A stretch of DNA of 64,000 nt from Patescibacteria group bacterium (GTDB lineage: Bacteria > Patescibacteriota > Minisyncoccia > Phycocordibacterales > UBA9973): assembly GCA_040390725.1 (NCBI GenBank), contig JAZJXT010000005.1:13301-77300 (forward strand), written 5' to 3'. The notes under the pieces are model-generated. The model ran no database searches and had not been told where the DNA came from. It worked only from the letters and a program-made list of their open reading frames with translations. Positions 15,238 through 26,321 of the stretch are shown here, piece by piece. Each line of letters begins with the position of its first letter. Position 1 is the first letter of the stretch. The translations under genes and the position numbers were made by a program.

Positions 15238-18200
15238 ATGCACACAACAACGAAGCGTCCGAAGAAAGTTTTCTCTAGGTACAAGAAGCCTTTGATACCG
15301 TTCCCGAATTTAATAGAACCTCAAGTCAGGTCTTTTAAATGGTTGGTGGAAAAAGGCATAGGAGAAGTTTTTAAAGAATTTTCTCCGATAATGGATTATT
15401 CCGGAAAAAAGTTTCAACTCGAGTTCACATCTTTCTCTCTAGGTGAAGCGAAGTGCGACGAGAATCATGCAAAGGTAAACAAGCTTTCTTATGAAGGACT
15501 TTTGAAAGCGCGTGTGAAGCTCACAAATAAAGCATTGGGAACTGTAAAAGAACAAGAAATTTTCATGTCCGAAATGCCTTTGATGACGGCGCATGGAACT
15601 TTCATCATCAATGGAGTCGAGCGTGTCATCGTGCCACAGCTCGCACGAAGTTTCGGAGTATTCTTTACAGAATCCGAAAGTAAAGGAAAAAGATATTTCG
15701 GCGCAAAGATGATACCGGCTCGTGGAGTTTGGATAGAAATAGAATCCGAATCTGACGGAGCTATTTATGTGCGTATAGACAAAAAAAGAAAATTCCCGGC
15801 AACAGCATTGCTACGAGTTATGGGCTTCTCCACTAATGAAGAAATAATGAAAGCTTTTAGCGGTACACCGGCATTGGAAGAAGCCATAAAGGCATCCCTT
15901 GCAAAAGATACGGCAAAGACTTTGAGTGATTCATACATTGATATCTATAAACGTCTTCGAGATGGCGACATGGCTACTCCGGATAATGCGAAAGAATTTA
16001 TAAATTCTCTTTTTACTCCTGAGAGGTATGACCTTTCTCCTGTCGGACGTTTTCGTTTTAATAATCGTTTTGAAAAATCCACAGAAGAAGCAGAACTTGC
16101 TCGCAGGACTATTTCCAAAGAAGACTTGGTAACTGTATTGAAAAATATTATTGATTTAAATAATACTCCAGGTGCAAAGGCAGACGACATAGATCATTTG
16201 GGTCAGAGACGTGTGCGTTTTGTCGGTGAAATGCTCCAGCAAAAAGTCCGCACAGGTATGATGCAAATCAAGAGAAATATTCAAGACAGAATGTCCACTA
16301 TCGATACTGATACTGCTATGCCGATACAAATAATAAATCAACGCCCGCTCCAAGCTCGCATAAAAGAATTCTTCACTACAAACCAACTCTCACAATTCAT
16401 GGCGCAGGAAAATGTCCTTTATGAAATGGAGCACTTAAGAACTCTTTCAGCTCTTGGGCCCGGCGGTCTCACTCGTGAACGCGCAGGACTCGAAGTCCGT
16501 GACGTGCACCCTTCGCACTATGGTAGAGTTTGTCCTATTCATACACCGGAAGGTCCGAACATCGGTCTTATTTTACACATGGCGACTTATGCTAAAATAA
16601 ACGATTTTGGAATAATTGAAACTCCTTATATAAAAGTTAAAAATGGAAAGATCACTGCTGAAATACAATACTTGAACGCTCTCGAAGAAGAAAAATATAA
16701 CATAGCGCATGCCGGAGTTGCCTATGATGAAGATGGAAAAATAACAGAAGCAAAAGTAGCGGCTCGCGTGAAAACTCAGCCGGGTATGATAGCGCGTGAA
16801 GAAGTTGATTTTATAGACGTTGCTACAAACCAAGCTTTCTCTATCGCCACATCGATGGTGCCTTTCTTGGAACACAATGATGCAAACAGAGCACTCATGG
16901 GAAGTAATATGCAGAAGCAAGCAGTTCCTTGCGTATTGCCTGAGGCGGCATTGGTCGCGACAGGTATTGAGGAATTAGCATCTCGAGATTCAGGACGTTT
17001 AGTGATATCAGAAGAAGAAGGTACTGTGTCATATGTTGATGCGAAAAAAATAACAGTAAAAGGGAAATCAGAAAAAGATAAAACATACAACCTCGTAAGC
17101 TTTTTGAGAAATAATAATTTCTCTGCTTTTCACCAGCGCCCAGCGGTAAATGTCGGTGATAAAGTTAAAAAGGGCGAAGTATTGGCTGATACTTCCAGTA
17201 CAGTAGATGGACAGATTGCACTCGGACAAAATATTTTTGTTGCGTTTTTGTCTTGGTCCGGATCAAACTATGAAGATGCTATAATTGTTTCTGAAAGATT
17301 GGTAAAGAAAAGTAAATTCACTTCTATTTATGTCGAAGAATTTATTTGTGTTGTTCGTGACACAAAGCTCGGGCCCGAAATAACTACTCGTGATATTCCG
17401 AATGTCGGAGAATTGAAATTAAAAGATTTGGATGAAGACGGCATCGTGCGTGTCGGAGCGGAAGTCCGTGAGAATGATATTTTGGTTGGAAAAATTACTC
17501 CAAAAGGGGAGACAGAACTAACTCCGGAAGAAAGATTGCTCCGTTCTATCTTTGCTGAAAAAGCTCGTGATGTAAAAGACGCATCACTCCGAATGGAATA
17601 CGGAAAAAGAGGACGCATCATAGGCGTAAAGATTTTCTCCAGAGACCTCGGTCATTCATTGGAAGCGGGAATAATTAAAAAAATAGTTATAGAAGTAGCT
17701 CAGATTAGAAATATTTCTGTCGGAGACAAGCTCGCAGGAAGACACGGAAACAAAGGTGTTATCTCTACTATTTTACCGGAAGAAGATATGCCTTACATGG
17801 CAGATGGTACACCGATAGATATTATTCTTTCACCGCTCGGTGTTCCTTCTCGTATGAACTTGGGGCAGATTTTGGAAATGCATTTGGGTATGGCTGCAAA
17901 CACTTTGGGTTATCAAGCAATAGTTCCACCATTTTTGAGTGCTACAAATGAAGAAATAAAAGAAGAATTAGTCAAAGCCGGATTGCCGGAAAATGGCAAG
18001 GTAAAACTTTTTGATGGACGCACCGGAGATTCTTTTGAACAAGATATTGCTGTCGGATATATGTATATGTTGAAACTGCACCACATGGTGGAAGACAAGA
18101 TACACATGCGTTCGATTGGTCCCTACTCGCTCATCACTCAACAACCGCTCGGAGGTAAAGCTCAAGGCGGAGGACAGAGATTCGGAGAAATGGAAGTCTG

Positions 18201-18414
18201 GGCGCTCGAAGGTTATGGTGCTGCTTATGCATTACGAGAAATGCTTACAATAAAGTCTGACGACATAGCAGGTCGTTCGTCGACTTTCGATTCTATTATC
18301 AAAAACGAAACCATCAAGCAACCAAATTCTCCTGCGTCATTTAATGTGATGCTAAATTATTTGCGAGGTCTTGCTATGGACGTAAGTTTGGACAAATCTA
18401 ATAAATCTAATTAA
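15238..18414 (+). CDS. rpoB: DNA-directed RNA polymerase subunit beta
   Basis: 1058 aa with conserved RpoB blocks (GRHGNKGVIS, LGGKAQGGGQRFGEMEVWALEGYGAA). Confidence 0.97.
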   Translation: MHTTTKRPKKVFSRYKKPLIPFPNLIEPQVRSFKWLVEKGIGEVFKEFSPIMDYSGKKFQLEFTSFSLGEAKCDENHAKVNKLSYEGLLKARVKLTNKALGTVKEQEIFMSEMPLMTAHGTFIINGVERVIVPQLARSFGVFFTESESKGKRYFGAKMIPARGVWIEIESESDGAIYVRIDKKRKFPATALLRVMGFSTNEEIMKAFSGTPALEEAIKASLAKDTAKTLSDSYIDIYKRLRDGDMATPDNAKEFINSLFTPERYDLSPVGRFRFNNRFEKSTEEAELARRTISKEDLVTVLKNIIDLNNTPGAKADDIDHLGQRRVRFVGEMLQQKVRTGMMQIKRNIQDRMSTIDTDTAMPIQIINQRPLQARIKEFFTTNQLSQFMAQENVLYEMEHLRTLSALGPGGLTRERAGLEVRDVHPSHYGRVCPIHTPEGPNIGLILHMATYAKINDFGIIETPYIKVKNGKITAEIQYLNALEEEKYNIAHAGVAYDEDGKITEAKVAARVKTQPGMIAREEVDFIDVATNQAFSIATSMVPFLEHNDANRALMGSNMQKQAVPCVLPEAALVATGIEELASRDSGRLVISEEEGTVSYVDAKKITVKGKSEKDKTYNLVSFLRNNNFSAFHQRPAVNVGDKVKKGEVLADTSSTVDGQIALGQNIFVAFLSWSGSNYEDAIIVSERLVKKSKFTSIYVEEFICVVRDTKLGPEITTRDIPNVGELKLKDLDEDGIVRVGAEVRENDILVGKITPKGETELTPEERLLRSIFAEKARDVKDASLRMEYGKRGRIIGVKIFSRDLGHSLEAGIIKKIVIEVAQIRNISVGDKLAGRHGNKGVISTILPEEDMPYMADGTPIDIILSPLGVPSRMNLGQILEMHLGMAANTLGYQAIVPPFLSATNEEIKEELVKAGLPENGKVKLFDGRTGDSFEQDIAVGYMYMLKLHHMVEDKIHMRSIGPYSLITQQPLGGKAQGGGQRFGEMEVWALEGYGAAYALREMLTIKSDDIAGRSSTFDSIIKNETIKQPNSPASFNVMLNYLRGLAMDVSLDKSNKSN

Positions 18415-18433
18415 TAAATAATATAAAAAAATT

Positions 18434-21400
18434 ATGAAAACATTAAACACAACTGATTTTGATCAAATTACGCTCAAGCTCGCATCACCTGAGCAAATAA
18501 AAGAATGGTCTTATGGAGAAATCACCAAGCCTGAAACGATAAACTATCGTACGGGTCGCAGTGAACGCGGAGGTCTTTTCGACGAGAAAATATTCGGTCC
18601 GGAAAAAGATTATGAATGTTATTGTGGAAAATATCGCCGAATTCGTTATAAAGATATCATCTGTGAGAAATGCGGAGTCGAAGTGACACGCAGTATTGTT
18701 CGCCGTGAGAGAATGGGGCATATAGAACTCGCTACACCAGTAGCGCATATTTGGTTCTTGCGTGGAGTACCTTCACGAATGAGCATTTTGTTGAATATTT
18801 CTGTTTCTGATTTGGAAAAGGTAATTTACTTTGCCGGATATATCGTGACAAAAGTGCACGAAGAAGAAAAAGAAGATATTTTGCAAAATTTGGACAAAGA
18901 ATACAAAGCCAAAGTAAAAAATGCCGCTGACGAAGACACTCGAGAGAAATTAAAAAATCTTTTGACAACTACCAAAAAAGAAATCGGTGAAATATACGAA
19001 GGAAAAGTTTTGAATGAAATTTCTTTTCATCATTATTCTTTGAAGTATGGAACTTGTTTTGAAGCAAATATCGGAGCAGAAGCTATTTATTCGATTTTCA
19101 AAAATTTGGATTTGAATAAATTAAAAATGCATACCGAAGCGATGCTCGAAAAAGCAAGCACTGCGGAAAAAGAAAAAATGCAAAAAAGACTTTCTCTTAT
19201 TCGCGCTATGATGTATTCGAAAGTCCGCCCAGAATGGATGTTTTTGACTGTTATCCCTGTTATACCACCAGTTCTGCGCCCGATGGTTGCCCTTGATGGA
19301 GGACGTCATGCGACATCTGATTTGAATGATCTTTATCGCCGAGTTATAAACAGAAATAATCGTTTGAGAAAATTGAAAGAAATAAATGCTCCGGATGTTA
19401 TTCTAAGAAACGAAAAAAGAATAATTCAAGAAGCAGTGGATGCTTTGATAGATAACTCTATCGCAAAACAAAATGATACAGTCGCGATGAGTCAATCACA
19501 AAAAAGAGCATTGAAATCTTTGTCTGATAACTTGAAATCAAAACAAGGTTTATTCCGTCAGAACTTGCTCGGTAAGCGTGTGGACTATTCCGGACGTTCT
19601 GTTATCGTCGTCGGTCCTCAGCTCAAGCTTAATCAATGTGGATTGCCTAAACACATGGCATTGGAGCTTTTCAAACCTTTCGTAATTTCTAAAATTTTAT
19701 TGGCAGAACTTGCATTCAATATTCGCGGAGCAAACAAGCTCATCGAAGAAAGAACTCCAGAAGTCTGGGCCATGCTCGAAGAAGTTATTTTAGGAAAATA
19801 CGTTCTTCTGAACCGTGCGCCGACTTTGCACCGTTTAGGTATCCAAGCTTTTAATCCTATCCTAATCGAAGGAAATGCTATCCAAGTGCACCCTCTTGTT
19901 TGTCAGGCTTTCAACGCTGACTTCGACGGTGACCAGATGGCAGTATATGTTCCTCTTTCCGAAGAAGCGCAATGGGAAGCAAAAGAATTGATGGCTGCGA
20001 ATAAAAACTTGTTGAAACCTCAAAATGGTGAACCTATCGCAAACCCTCGTATGGATATGGTGCTTGGAGCTTATTGGATGACGAAAGATGTTGATGGTGA
20101 AATGGGCGAGGGGAAATATTTCTCAAGTCCAAATGCCGCTGTGACCGCATACGAATATGGAGTGGTATCCTTAAGAGCAAAAATAAAAGTTATGGCTACA
20201 GACACTGTTAAGTACAAGAAATTTAATCAACAACTTTTTGATACTTCTGTCGGACGCCTTCTCTTTAATAGCATTTTGCCGAATGATTTTATTTACATCA
20301 ATGACGAGATAACTCAAAAGAGAGTCTCTTCTTTGGTTGATGAACTTATCATGCAATACGGCATAGATCAGACTCCACGCATTCTCGATAAAATAAAAGA
20401 ATTCGGATTCAAATATTCTACAATTTCAGGAACAACTTGGGGATTAGACAATGTGAAGGTTCCCGTAGAAAAACCTAAAATTATTGCAGAGGGTAAAAAA
20501 TTAGAAGAAGAAGTAATTTCTCAATGGCAGGACGGTCTTCTTTCTGATGAAGAAAAATATCAAAAGATTATTGAAATATGGACGCATGCAAAAAAGGAAT
20601 TAGAAAAAGTTTTGCCTCAAACTCTCGACAAAAATGGTTCTACTTATGACTTGTTCACTTCTGGTGCCAGAGGAAACATGACATCTTTGTCTCAGATGAC
20701 AGGAATGAAGGGTCTTATTCAAAACAACCAAGGACGCACTGTGGAATTCCCGATTATTCCTTCTTATCAAGAAGGGCTTTCTCCTATCGAATATTTCGTG
20801 ACGACTCACGGTGCCCGAAAAGGTGCATCGGATACTGCTCTTAACACTGCAAAGGCTGGATATTTGACTCGTAGATTGGTGGACGTTGCTCAGGATGTGG
20901 TGATCACCGAAGAAGATTGCGGAACAAAAGAAGGTAAAATTGTTATGAAGGAAAATATTTCCGGTATTGAAATTGCTTTCTCAAAAAATCTTCGAGGGCG
21001 CGTACTAGCAGGTGACTTGAAAGACAAAGATGGCAAGACGGCTTATCATAAAGGATTTTTGATTACCAAAGAAGAAGCGCAAGTTATTGAAAAGGCAGGA
21101 TACACAGAAGCATTCGTGCGTTCTCCACTTACTTGTAAAACAGTTCACGGTCTTTGTCAGATGTGTTACGGTCTCGACCTTGGAAGAAATCACTTGGTGA
21201 ATTTGGGTGAAGCAGTCGGTATCATCGCTGCGCAAGCTATCGGTGAGCCTGGTACACAGCTGACACTTCGAACATTCCACGCCGGAGGTGTCGCGGGTGT
21301 GGACATCACGACAGGTTTACCTCGTATTGAAGAAATTTTTGAAAGAAGAATTCCAAAAAATCCTGCAGTAGTTTCAGAGACTGATGGTGAAGTTATCGAA

Positions 21401-22036
21401 GTAAAAGATAAAGATGGAAAAGAAAAAATAATTAAAGTTCTTTCTGATTCGAAACTTGATGGAAAAGACAATGAAATAGAATACATCGCTCCATATCGCA
21501 GAATGCCATTGGTAAAAGCAGGGGATACTGTAAAGAAAGGTGAACTTCTTACTGACGGTTCCGCAGATATTGCAGAAATATTTAAATTCGGAAGCAAAGA
21601 ACAAGCTGAAGAATATATTATCCGAGAAATAAATAAAGTTTACGAACTTCAGAGTGCTTCTATTTCCAGAAAGCACACGGAAATAATCATTCGTCAGATG
21701 TTCTCACGAAGAAAAATAAAAGACGCGGGTGAGACTAATTTCTCAGCGGGAGACATCGTTGAAAATACAGCTTTAATCGAAGAAAATATTAGAGTTAGTA
21801 AAATAGAGGGCAAGGAAGCAAAAGCGGAAATTATCGCGCTCGGTATTACTGAAGTTTCCCTACGTACAAAGAGCTGGTTGTCTGCGGCTTCATTCCAAAA
21901 CACTAACCGCGTCCTTATTGAAAATGCTATCAAGGGCGGAGTTGATTCGCTTCGAGGACTAAAAGAAAATGTAATTATCGGAAGATTGATTCCAGTAGGA
22001 ACAGGCTTTAATAAAAATAAAGCAGTAGTAGAATAA
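18434..22036 (+). CDS. rpoC: DNA-directed RNA polymerase subunit beta'
   Basis: 1200 aa; zinc finger CYCGKY..C..CGVEV; catalytic NADFDGDQMAV. Confidence 0.97.
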   Translation: MKTLNTTDFDQITLKLASPEQIKEWSYGEITKPETINYRTGRSERGGLFDEKIFGPEKDYECYCGKYRRIRYKDIICEKCGVEVTRSIVRRERMGHIELATPVAHIWFLRGVPSRMSILLNISVSDLEKVIYFAGYIVTKVHEEEKEDILQNLDKEYKAKVKNAADEDTREKLKNLLTTTKKEIGEIYEGKVLNEISFHHYSLKYGTCFEANIGAEAIYSIFKNLDLNKLKMHTEAMLEKASTAEKEKMQKRLSLIRAMMYSKVRPEWMFLTVIPVIPPVLRPMVALDGGRHATSDLNDLYRRVINRNNRLRKLKEINAPDVILRNEKRIIQEAVDALIDNSIAKQNDTVAMSQSQKRALKSLSDNLKSKQGLFRQNLLGKRVDYSGRSVIVVGPQLKLNQCGLPKHMALELFKPFVISKILLAELAFNIRGANKLIEERTPEVWAMLEEVILGKYVLLNRAPTLHRLGIQAFNPILIEGNAIQVHPLVCQAFNADFDGDQMAVYVPLSEEAQWEAKELMAANKNLLKPQNGEPIANPRMDMVLGAYWMTKDVDGEMGEGKYFSSPNAAVTAYEYGVVSLRAKIKVMATDTVKYKKFNQQLFDTSVGRLLFNSILPNDFIYINDEITQKRVSSLVDELIMQYGIDQTPRILDKIKEFGFKYSTISGTTWGLDNVKVPVEKPKIIAEGKKLEEEVISQWQDGLLSDEEKYQKIIEIWTHAKKELEKVLPQTLDKNGSTYDLFTSGARGNMTSLSQMTGMKGLIQNNQGRTVEFPIIPSYQEGLSPIEYFVTTHGARKGASDTALNTAKAGYLTRRLVDVAQDVVITEEDCGTKEGKIVMKENISGIEIAFSKNLRGRVLAGDLKDKDGKTAYHKGFLITKEEAQVIEKAGYTEAFVRSPLTCKTVHGLCQMCYGLDLGRNHLVNLGEAVGIIAAQAIGEPGTQLTLRTFHAGGVAGVDITTGLPRIEEIFERRIPKNPAVVSETDGEVIEVKDKDGKEKIIKVLSDSKLDGKDNEIEYIAPYRRMPLVKAGDTVKKGELLTDGSADIAEIFKFGSKEQAEEYIIREINKVYELQSASISRKHTEIIIRQMFSRRKIKDAGETNFSAGDIVENTALIEENIRVSKIEGKEAKAEIIALGITEVSLRTKSWLSAASFQNTNRVLIENAIKGGVDSLRGLKENVIIGRLIPVGTGFNKNKAVVE

Positions 22037-22041
22037 AAAAT

Positions 22042-23778
22042 ATGATGAACTCTCCTGTTCAAAAAATAAAGGAGAGACTTTCAATCGAAGACATAGTCTC
22101 TTCTTACATAAAATTGGAGAAGTCGGGCGCAAATTTTAAAGCCCGATGTCCTTTTCACAATGAAAAGACGGCTTCATTTTATGTTTCGCCTGATCGGGGG
22201 AGTTACTATTGTTTTGGCTGTTCTGCCAAGGGAGATATTTTTACCTTCATTGAAGAATTCGAAGGGCTTGATTTTAAGGGCGCGCTGAAGCTTCTCGCAG
22301 AGCGTGCCGGCGTGCCTTTGGAGTCATACAACAAAGAAGAAGAAAGTGAGAAAGAAAAATTGTATCGCGTGATGGAAGAGTCCACAAAGTATTTTTCAAA
22401 AAATCTTTTAGAAAATAAAGATAATAAAAATATTTTGGAGTACTTGAAAAACAGGGGATTGAAAGATGAAAGTATAAAAGATTTCAGAATTGGTTTTGCG
22501 AAAAATGATTGGCGTGAGCTTTATAATTATTTGAAAAATAAAAATTTTTCTGATAAAGATATTGAGCTTGCTGGTCTTGCAAAACATCCTGATGATAAAA
22601 CAAAAGCAATGTATGATAGATTTCGTGGAAGAATTATGTTTCCGATTTCTGATTCCAGCGGGAGGGTGATAGCTTTTTCCGGAAGAATTTTTGAGTATGA
22701 TGGTAAGTCAGCAAAATATTTAAACAGTCCTGACACACCGATATTCAGCAAGTCTTATGTTCTTTACGGGCTCGACAAAGCTAAAGATTCTATTCGCAAG
22801 AATAATTTTTCCATTTTAGTTGAAGGACAGATGGATTTGGTTCTTTCGCATCAAGCAGGATTTCGAAATACCGTAGCGTCTTCGGGGACAGCTCTTTCGG
22901 ATTCGGAAGTTTCCAAAGAAAATGCAGTTTCAAATTTGGGATTGGTTCGCAGACTTTCGGACAATATTGTACTGGCATTTGATGCCGACAAAGCAGGGCT
23001 TTCGGCCGCAGGTAGGGCCGGTAAAATAGCATTATCGCTCGGTATGGATGTGAAGTCCGCTTCGATGCCTGAAGGCGTAGATCCGGCAGATTTGATAGTA
23101 AAAGAAGGTCCGGAAGCATGGAGGGTAGCCATTAGAAATTCAAAACATATTATAGAGTTTTTACTGGATAAAGTATTAAAAAGTTCCGGAGAAGATATGC
23201 GTAAAGCGGGTAGAGAAATAAAAGATAAAATTTTGCCTTATGTGGCTTCATTGGAAAGTTCAATAGAGCAAATGCATTTTATAAAAAAAATAAGTGATAG
23301 TTCTCAAATTCCCGAGCAAGCACTGAGAGATGATTTGAAAAAAGTTGAACAAGAGTTAAAATTTGATAAAAAAGTAATAGAAGAAATGAAAGAATCCGAG
23401 AGTAAGATTTTCAGAAAAGATTACATAGAACGCAGACTTTTAGGAATAGCATTTTGGCAAAAGTCATTGACGGATCCTGTGGTAGATTATGAAAATATTT
23501 TTAAAAAGTTGGAAAAAAGTTTGGTAAAATATGAAAATACAAAAGAAGATTTAGTTTATGAAGCAGAAGTTTTTTATACAAATAATCAGAATTTATTGAA
23601 AGATACCGAAGAAATGCTAATTGGTTTTGAAGAAGAAAACTTAAACGAAGAATTGGCGAAAAAAATGAGAGAATTAGGTCAGGTTAAAGATAAAGAAAAA
23701 GAAATACAGATTTTAAATGAAATAAATGAAATAAATAAGAAAAAAGAAAGTATTAAAAACAGTCGCATTAAAAAATAA
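22042..23778 (+). CDS. dnaG: DNA primase
   Basis: CHC2 zinc finger ([25 protein letters not shown]); TOPRIM ([18 protein letters not shown]). Confidence 0.9.
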   Translation: MMNSPVQKIKERLSIEDIVSSYIKLEKSGANFKARCPFHNEKTASFYVSPDRGSYYCFGCSAKGDIFTFIEEFEGLDFKGALKLLAERAGVPLESYNKEEESEKEKLYRVMEESTKYFSKNLLENKDNKNILEYLKNRGLKDESIKDFRIGFAKNDWRELYNYLKNKNFSDKDIELAGLAKHPDDKTKAMYDRFRGRIMFPISDSSGRVIAFSGRIFEYDGKSAKYLNSPDTPIFSKSYVLYGLDKAKDSIRKNNFSILVEGQMDLVLSHQAGFRNTVASSGTALSDSEVSKENAVSNLGLVRRLSDNIVLAFDADKAGLSAAGRAGKIALSLGMDVKSASMPEGVDPADLIVKEGPEAWRVAIRNSKHIIEFLLDKVLKSSGEDMRKAGREIKDKILPYVASLESSIEQMHFIKKISDSSQIPEQALRDDLKKVEQELKFDKKVIEEMKESESKIFRKDYIERRLLGIAFWQKSLTDPVVDYENIFKKLEKSLVKYENTKEDLVYEAEVFYTNNQNLLKDTEEMLIGFEEENLNEELAKKMRELGQVKDKEKEIQILNEINEINKKKESIKNSRIKK

Positions 23779-23788
23779 AAATAAATTT

Positions 23789-25039
23789 ATGAAAAAAACA
23801 AAAGTAAAAACAAAAATAAAGAAAATTATAAAGAAAGTAAAAAAATCTCAACCAAAGAAAGTAGCTAAAAAGAAAGTTATAACAAAAATAAAGAAAGTTA
23901 CAAAGAAAGTAGTTAAGCCAAAAAAGGTAGTTGTCAAAAAGGAAGTTGCGAAGAAAATGACAGTAGCGGAGAAAAAGGCTGATGATTTAAAGAAGCTTTC
24001 CAATGCTTTGATAGAAAAAGGGCGCAAGAGAGGGTTTATTACTTATGATGAGATTTTAAAAACTTTCCCGGATATTGAAAATAATATTTTATTTTTAGAT
24101 GAGCTATATGAGCAGTTTTCTGTAGCGGGTATTGATGTGCTTGAAGGTGGGAATTTGCTCAATTTGGACGCAGACCTTACTGATGCGAATTTGAATAAAT
24201 CAACCATGCATGATTCTATTCAAATGTATCTAAAAGAGATCGGTCAGTATTCCTTGATCCATGCCAGTGATGAAAAAGATTTAGCGAAAAGAATCGAGCA
24301 GGGTGATGAAGAGGCGAAGAACTTGCTCGCTCGTGCGAACTTGCGTTTAGTTGTTTCTATTGCTAAAAAATATGTGGGACGAAGTGCTGACCTGACATTG
24401 CTTGATTTGATTCAAGAAGGGAATCTTGGCTTGTTTAAAGCTGTGGAAAAATTTGACTGGACAAAAGGTTATAAATTCTCAACTTATGCTACTTGGTGGA
24501 TTCGTCAGTCCATCACTCGTGCACTCGCCGATCAAAGCCGAACTATTCGTATTCCGGTGCACATGGTAGAAACTATTTCCAAATACAAACAAACTCACCG
24601 CCGACTTTCACAAGACTTGGGCCGTGAGCCTTTGGCGGAAGAGATAGCTACTGAGATGGGTTTGCCTGTAGAAAAAATTCACGTAATAGAAAATATTTCT
24701 CAAGAAACTATTTCTTTGGAACAACCAGTAGGAGATGACGACGATAAATCAACTTTGGAAAACTTTATTCCCGATGACAAAATTTTACGCCCTGATCAAG
24801 AATCTTCTCGCAGAATTCTTTCCGATCAAATTCGCGAAGTTCTCGATGAGTTGAATCCAAAAGAGAAAAAAATTCTTGAAATGCGTTATGGCTTGATGGA
24901 TGGAATTCAACACACACTCGAGCGAGTGGGGGAAGAGTTCGGTGTTACTCGTGAACGTATTCGTCAAATTGAAGCAAAAGTCCACGACAAACTCCGCCAG
25001 CATGATAAAATTTCGCGCCTAAAACACTACTTTGACTAA
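23789..25039 (+). CDS. rpoD: RNA polymerase sigma factor RpoD (sigma70) with lysine-rich N-terminal tail
   Basis: Region 2 ([40 protein letters not shown]) and region 4 ([23 protein letters not shown]). Confidence 0.95.
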   Translation: MKKTKVKTKIKKIIKKVKKSQPKKVAKKKVITKIKKVTKKVVKPKKVVVKKEVAKKMTVAEKKADDLKKLSNALIEKGRKRGFITYDEILKTFPDIENNILFLDELYEQFSVAGIDVLEGGNLLNLDADLTDANLNKSTMHDSIQMYLKEIGQYSLIHASDEKDLAKRIEQGDEEAKNLLARANLRLVVSIAKKYVGRSADLTLLDLIQEGNLGLFKAVEKFDWTKGYKFSTYATWWIRQSITRALADQSRTIRIPVHMVETISKYKQTHRRLSQDLGREPLAEEIATEMGLPVEKIHVIENISQETISLEQPVGDDDDKSTLENFIPDDKILRPDQESSRRILSDQIREVLDELNPKEKKILEMRYGLMDGIQHTLERVGEEFGVTRERIRQIEAKVHDKLRQHDKISRLKHYFD

Positions 25040-25043
25040 AATT

Positions 25044-25071
25044 AAAAACCCCACACAGTGTGGGGTTTTTA
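25044..25071. terminator. bidirectional rho-independent terminator
   Basis: aaaaaccccacacagtgtggggttttt lies between convergent rpoD and the dsbA-like gene. Confidence 0.8.
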
Positions 25072-25075
25072 ATTT

Positions 25076-25792
25076 TTATTTCAAAGCCTTCTCGATTTTA
25101 TCCATTACCATTGCGGATGGTTCGGCGCCATCTATAGTGTCTACTAGTTTTCCATCTTTTAAGATAAATGCTTTTGGTGTGCCTCGTACTCCTGCGTTTC
25201 CTCCTTCTTCTGTAGAGTCTGCTATTGTCTTGGCATATTTTTCAGAATCGAGACATTTATCGAAATCATTTTGATTCAATCCGAGTTCTTTTGCAAAAGA
25301 TTTTAAATATGGATTCGCAAAGCTACCTTTGTTTTCGCCATTTTGGTGAGTGAAAAGATAATCATGATATTCCCAGAATTTTCCTTGATCATTTGCGCAC
25401 AATGCAGCTTCTCCGGCCTTGGTCGATTCTTCACCAAGGAAGGCAAAATCTCGGTAGATAAAATTTACACTACCATTTTTTACATACTTATTTCTCAAAT
25501 CAGTTTCTGCTTCTCGGAAAAATTTTCCACAGAAGGGACATTGAAAATCTTCATAAGCGATCATGGTAATTTTTGCATTTTTATTTCCAAGCATTCTGTC
25601 CTCTGTTGAAACTGGTTTGAGTTCTTCGTGATTAACTTGAATCTTGTTATTTGAAATATCTTCCATTGGTGTTTTTATGGAACCTTTTATTAGTATTGCT
25701 CCGGCGATCAAAGCCCCGGCAATAACTATAGCCCAAGCCATATTTAAAGGCTTTTTGTGGTGGTGTTCGTGCTCAATTTTATTTTCTTCCAT
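25076..25792 (-). CDS. DsbA-family thiol:disulfide oxidoreductase, membrane-anchored
   Basis: N-terminal TM anchor; thioredoxin-fold CPFC active site (AYEDFQCPFCGKF). Confidence 0.8.
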   Translation of the reverse strand: MEENKIEHEHHHKKPLNMAWAIVIAGALIAGAILIKGSIKTPMEDISNNKIQVNHEELKPVSTEDRMLGNKNAKITMIAYEDFQCPFCGKFFREAETDLRNKYVKNGSVNFIYRDFAFLGEESTKAGEAALCANDQGKFWEYHDYLFTHQNGENKGSFANPYLKSFAKELGLNQNDFDKCLDSEKYAKTIADSTEEGGNAGVRGTPKAFILKDGKLVDTIDGAEPSAMVMDKIEKALK

Positions 25793-25942
25793 TTAATTTT
25801 TTACGTTAATTTTTAATATGTTAATAACTATTATTGTATCATAATTTATTAGTATGATACAATATAAGAAGGAAGTTGCCTGCCTAAGTCGTTCAGGTGG
25901 GAATATTATTAACAATTATTAATTAATTTTTTATAAAATATT

Positions 25943-26245
25943 ATGTGTGATTCAAAATGTGGAGGAAAGGGTTGTACAATGTCTATGATTGCTAAAGTAT
26001 TAGTAGTCGTCGGAGGTATCAACTGGGGTTTGGTTGGTTTGGGAATGCTTATGGGCAAGATGGAAGCTTGGAACGTAGTTCACATGCTTTTGGGTTCTTG
26101 GCCAATGGTTGAAGGAGTTGTCTATGTTCTTGTTGGTGTCGCAGCTGTGATGAAAATCTTCGGTTGTCACTGTCACAAGTGTATGGGTGGTACTTGCGCT
26201 CCAGATGAAAAGATGGGAGGCATGGGAATGGAAGGAAAGATGTAA
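25943..26245 (+). CDS. DUF378-family small membrane protein with Cys/His/Met-rich termini
   Basis: DUF378 core GGINWGLVGL; N-terminal CDSKCGGKGC; C-terminal CHCHKCMGGTCAPDEKMGGMGMEGKM. The gene is visibly GC-enriched. Confidence 0.6.
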   Translation: MCDSKCGGKGCTMSMIAKVLVVVGGINWGLVGLGMLMGKMEAWNVVHMLLGSWPMVEGVVYVLVGVAAVMKIFGCHCHKCMGGTCAPDEKMGGMGMEGKM

Positions 26246-26256
26246 TTTAAGGTTTA

Positions 26257-26290
26257 AAAGAGCCCCCGGCATACGCCGGGGGCTCTTTGC
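26257..26290 (+). terminator. rho-independent terminator
   Basis: aaagagcccccggcatacgccgggggctcttt, a 12-bp GC stem. Confidence 0.85.
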
Positions 26291-26321
26291 CTTTTAGCCC
26301 TATTTTTGCTATAATGTGGGG

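Noticed and set aside
15945-21676. Numerous 60-135-aa ORFs on the minus strand and in alternative frames within rpoB/rpoC (e.g. 16573-16920, 21190-21597)
   Set aside because: They are antisense or shadow ORFs inside highly conserved genes, with low-complexity Ser/Phe-rich translations.
23789-23960. Highly repetitive AAAG/AAAGAAAG-rich DNA at the rpoD 5' end considered as a tandem repeat or CRISPR-like array
   Set aside because: It is in frame and encodes a lysine-rich tail ([24 protein letters not shown]) contiguous with sigma70. There are no spacer/repeat periodicity or cas genes.
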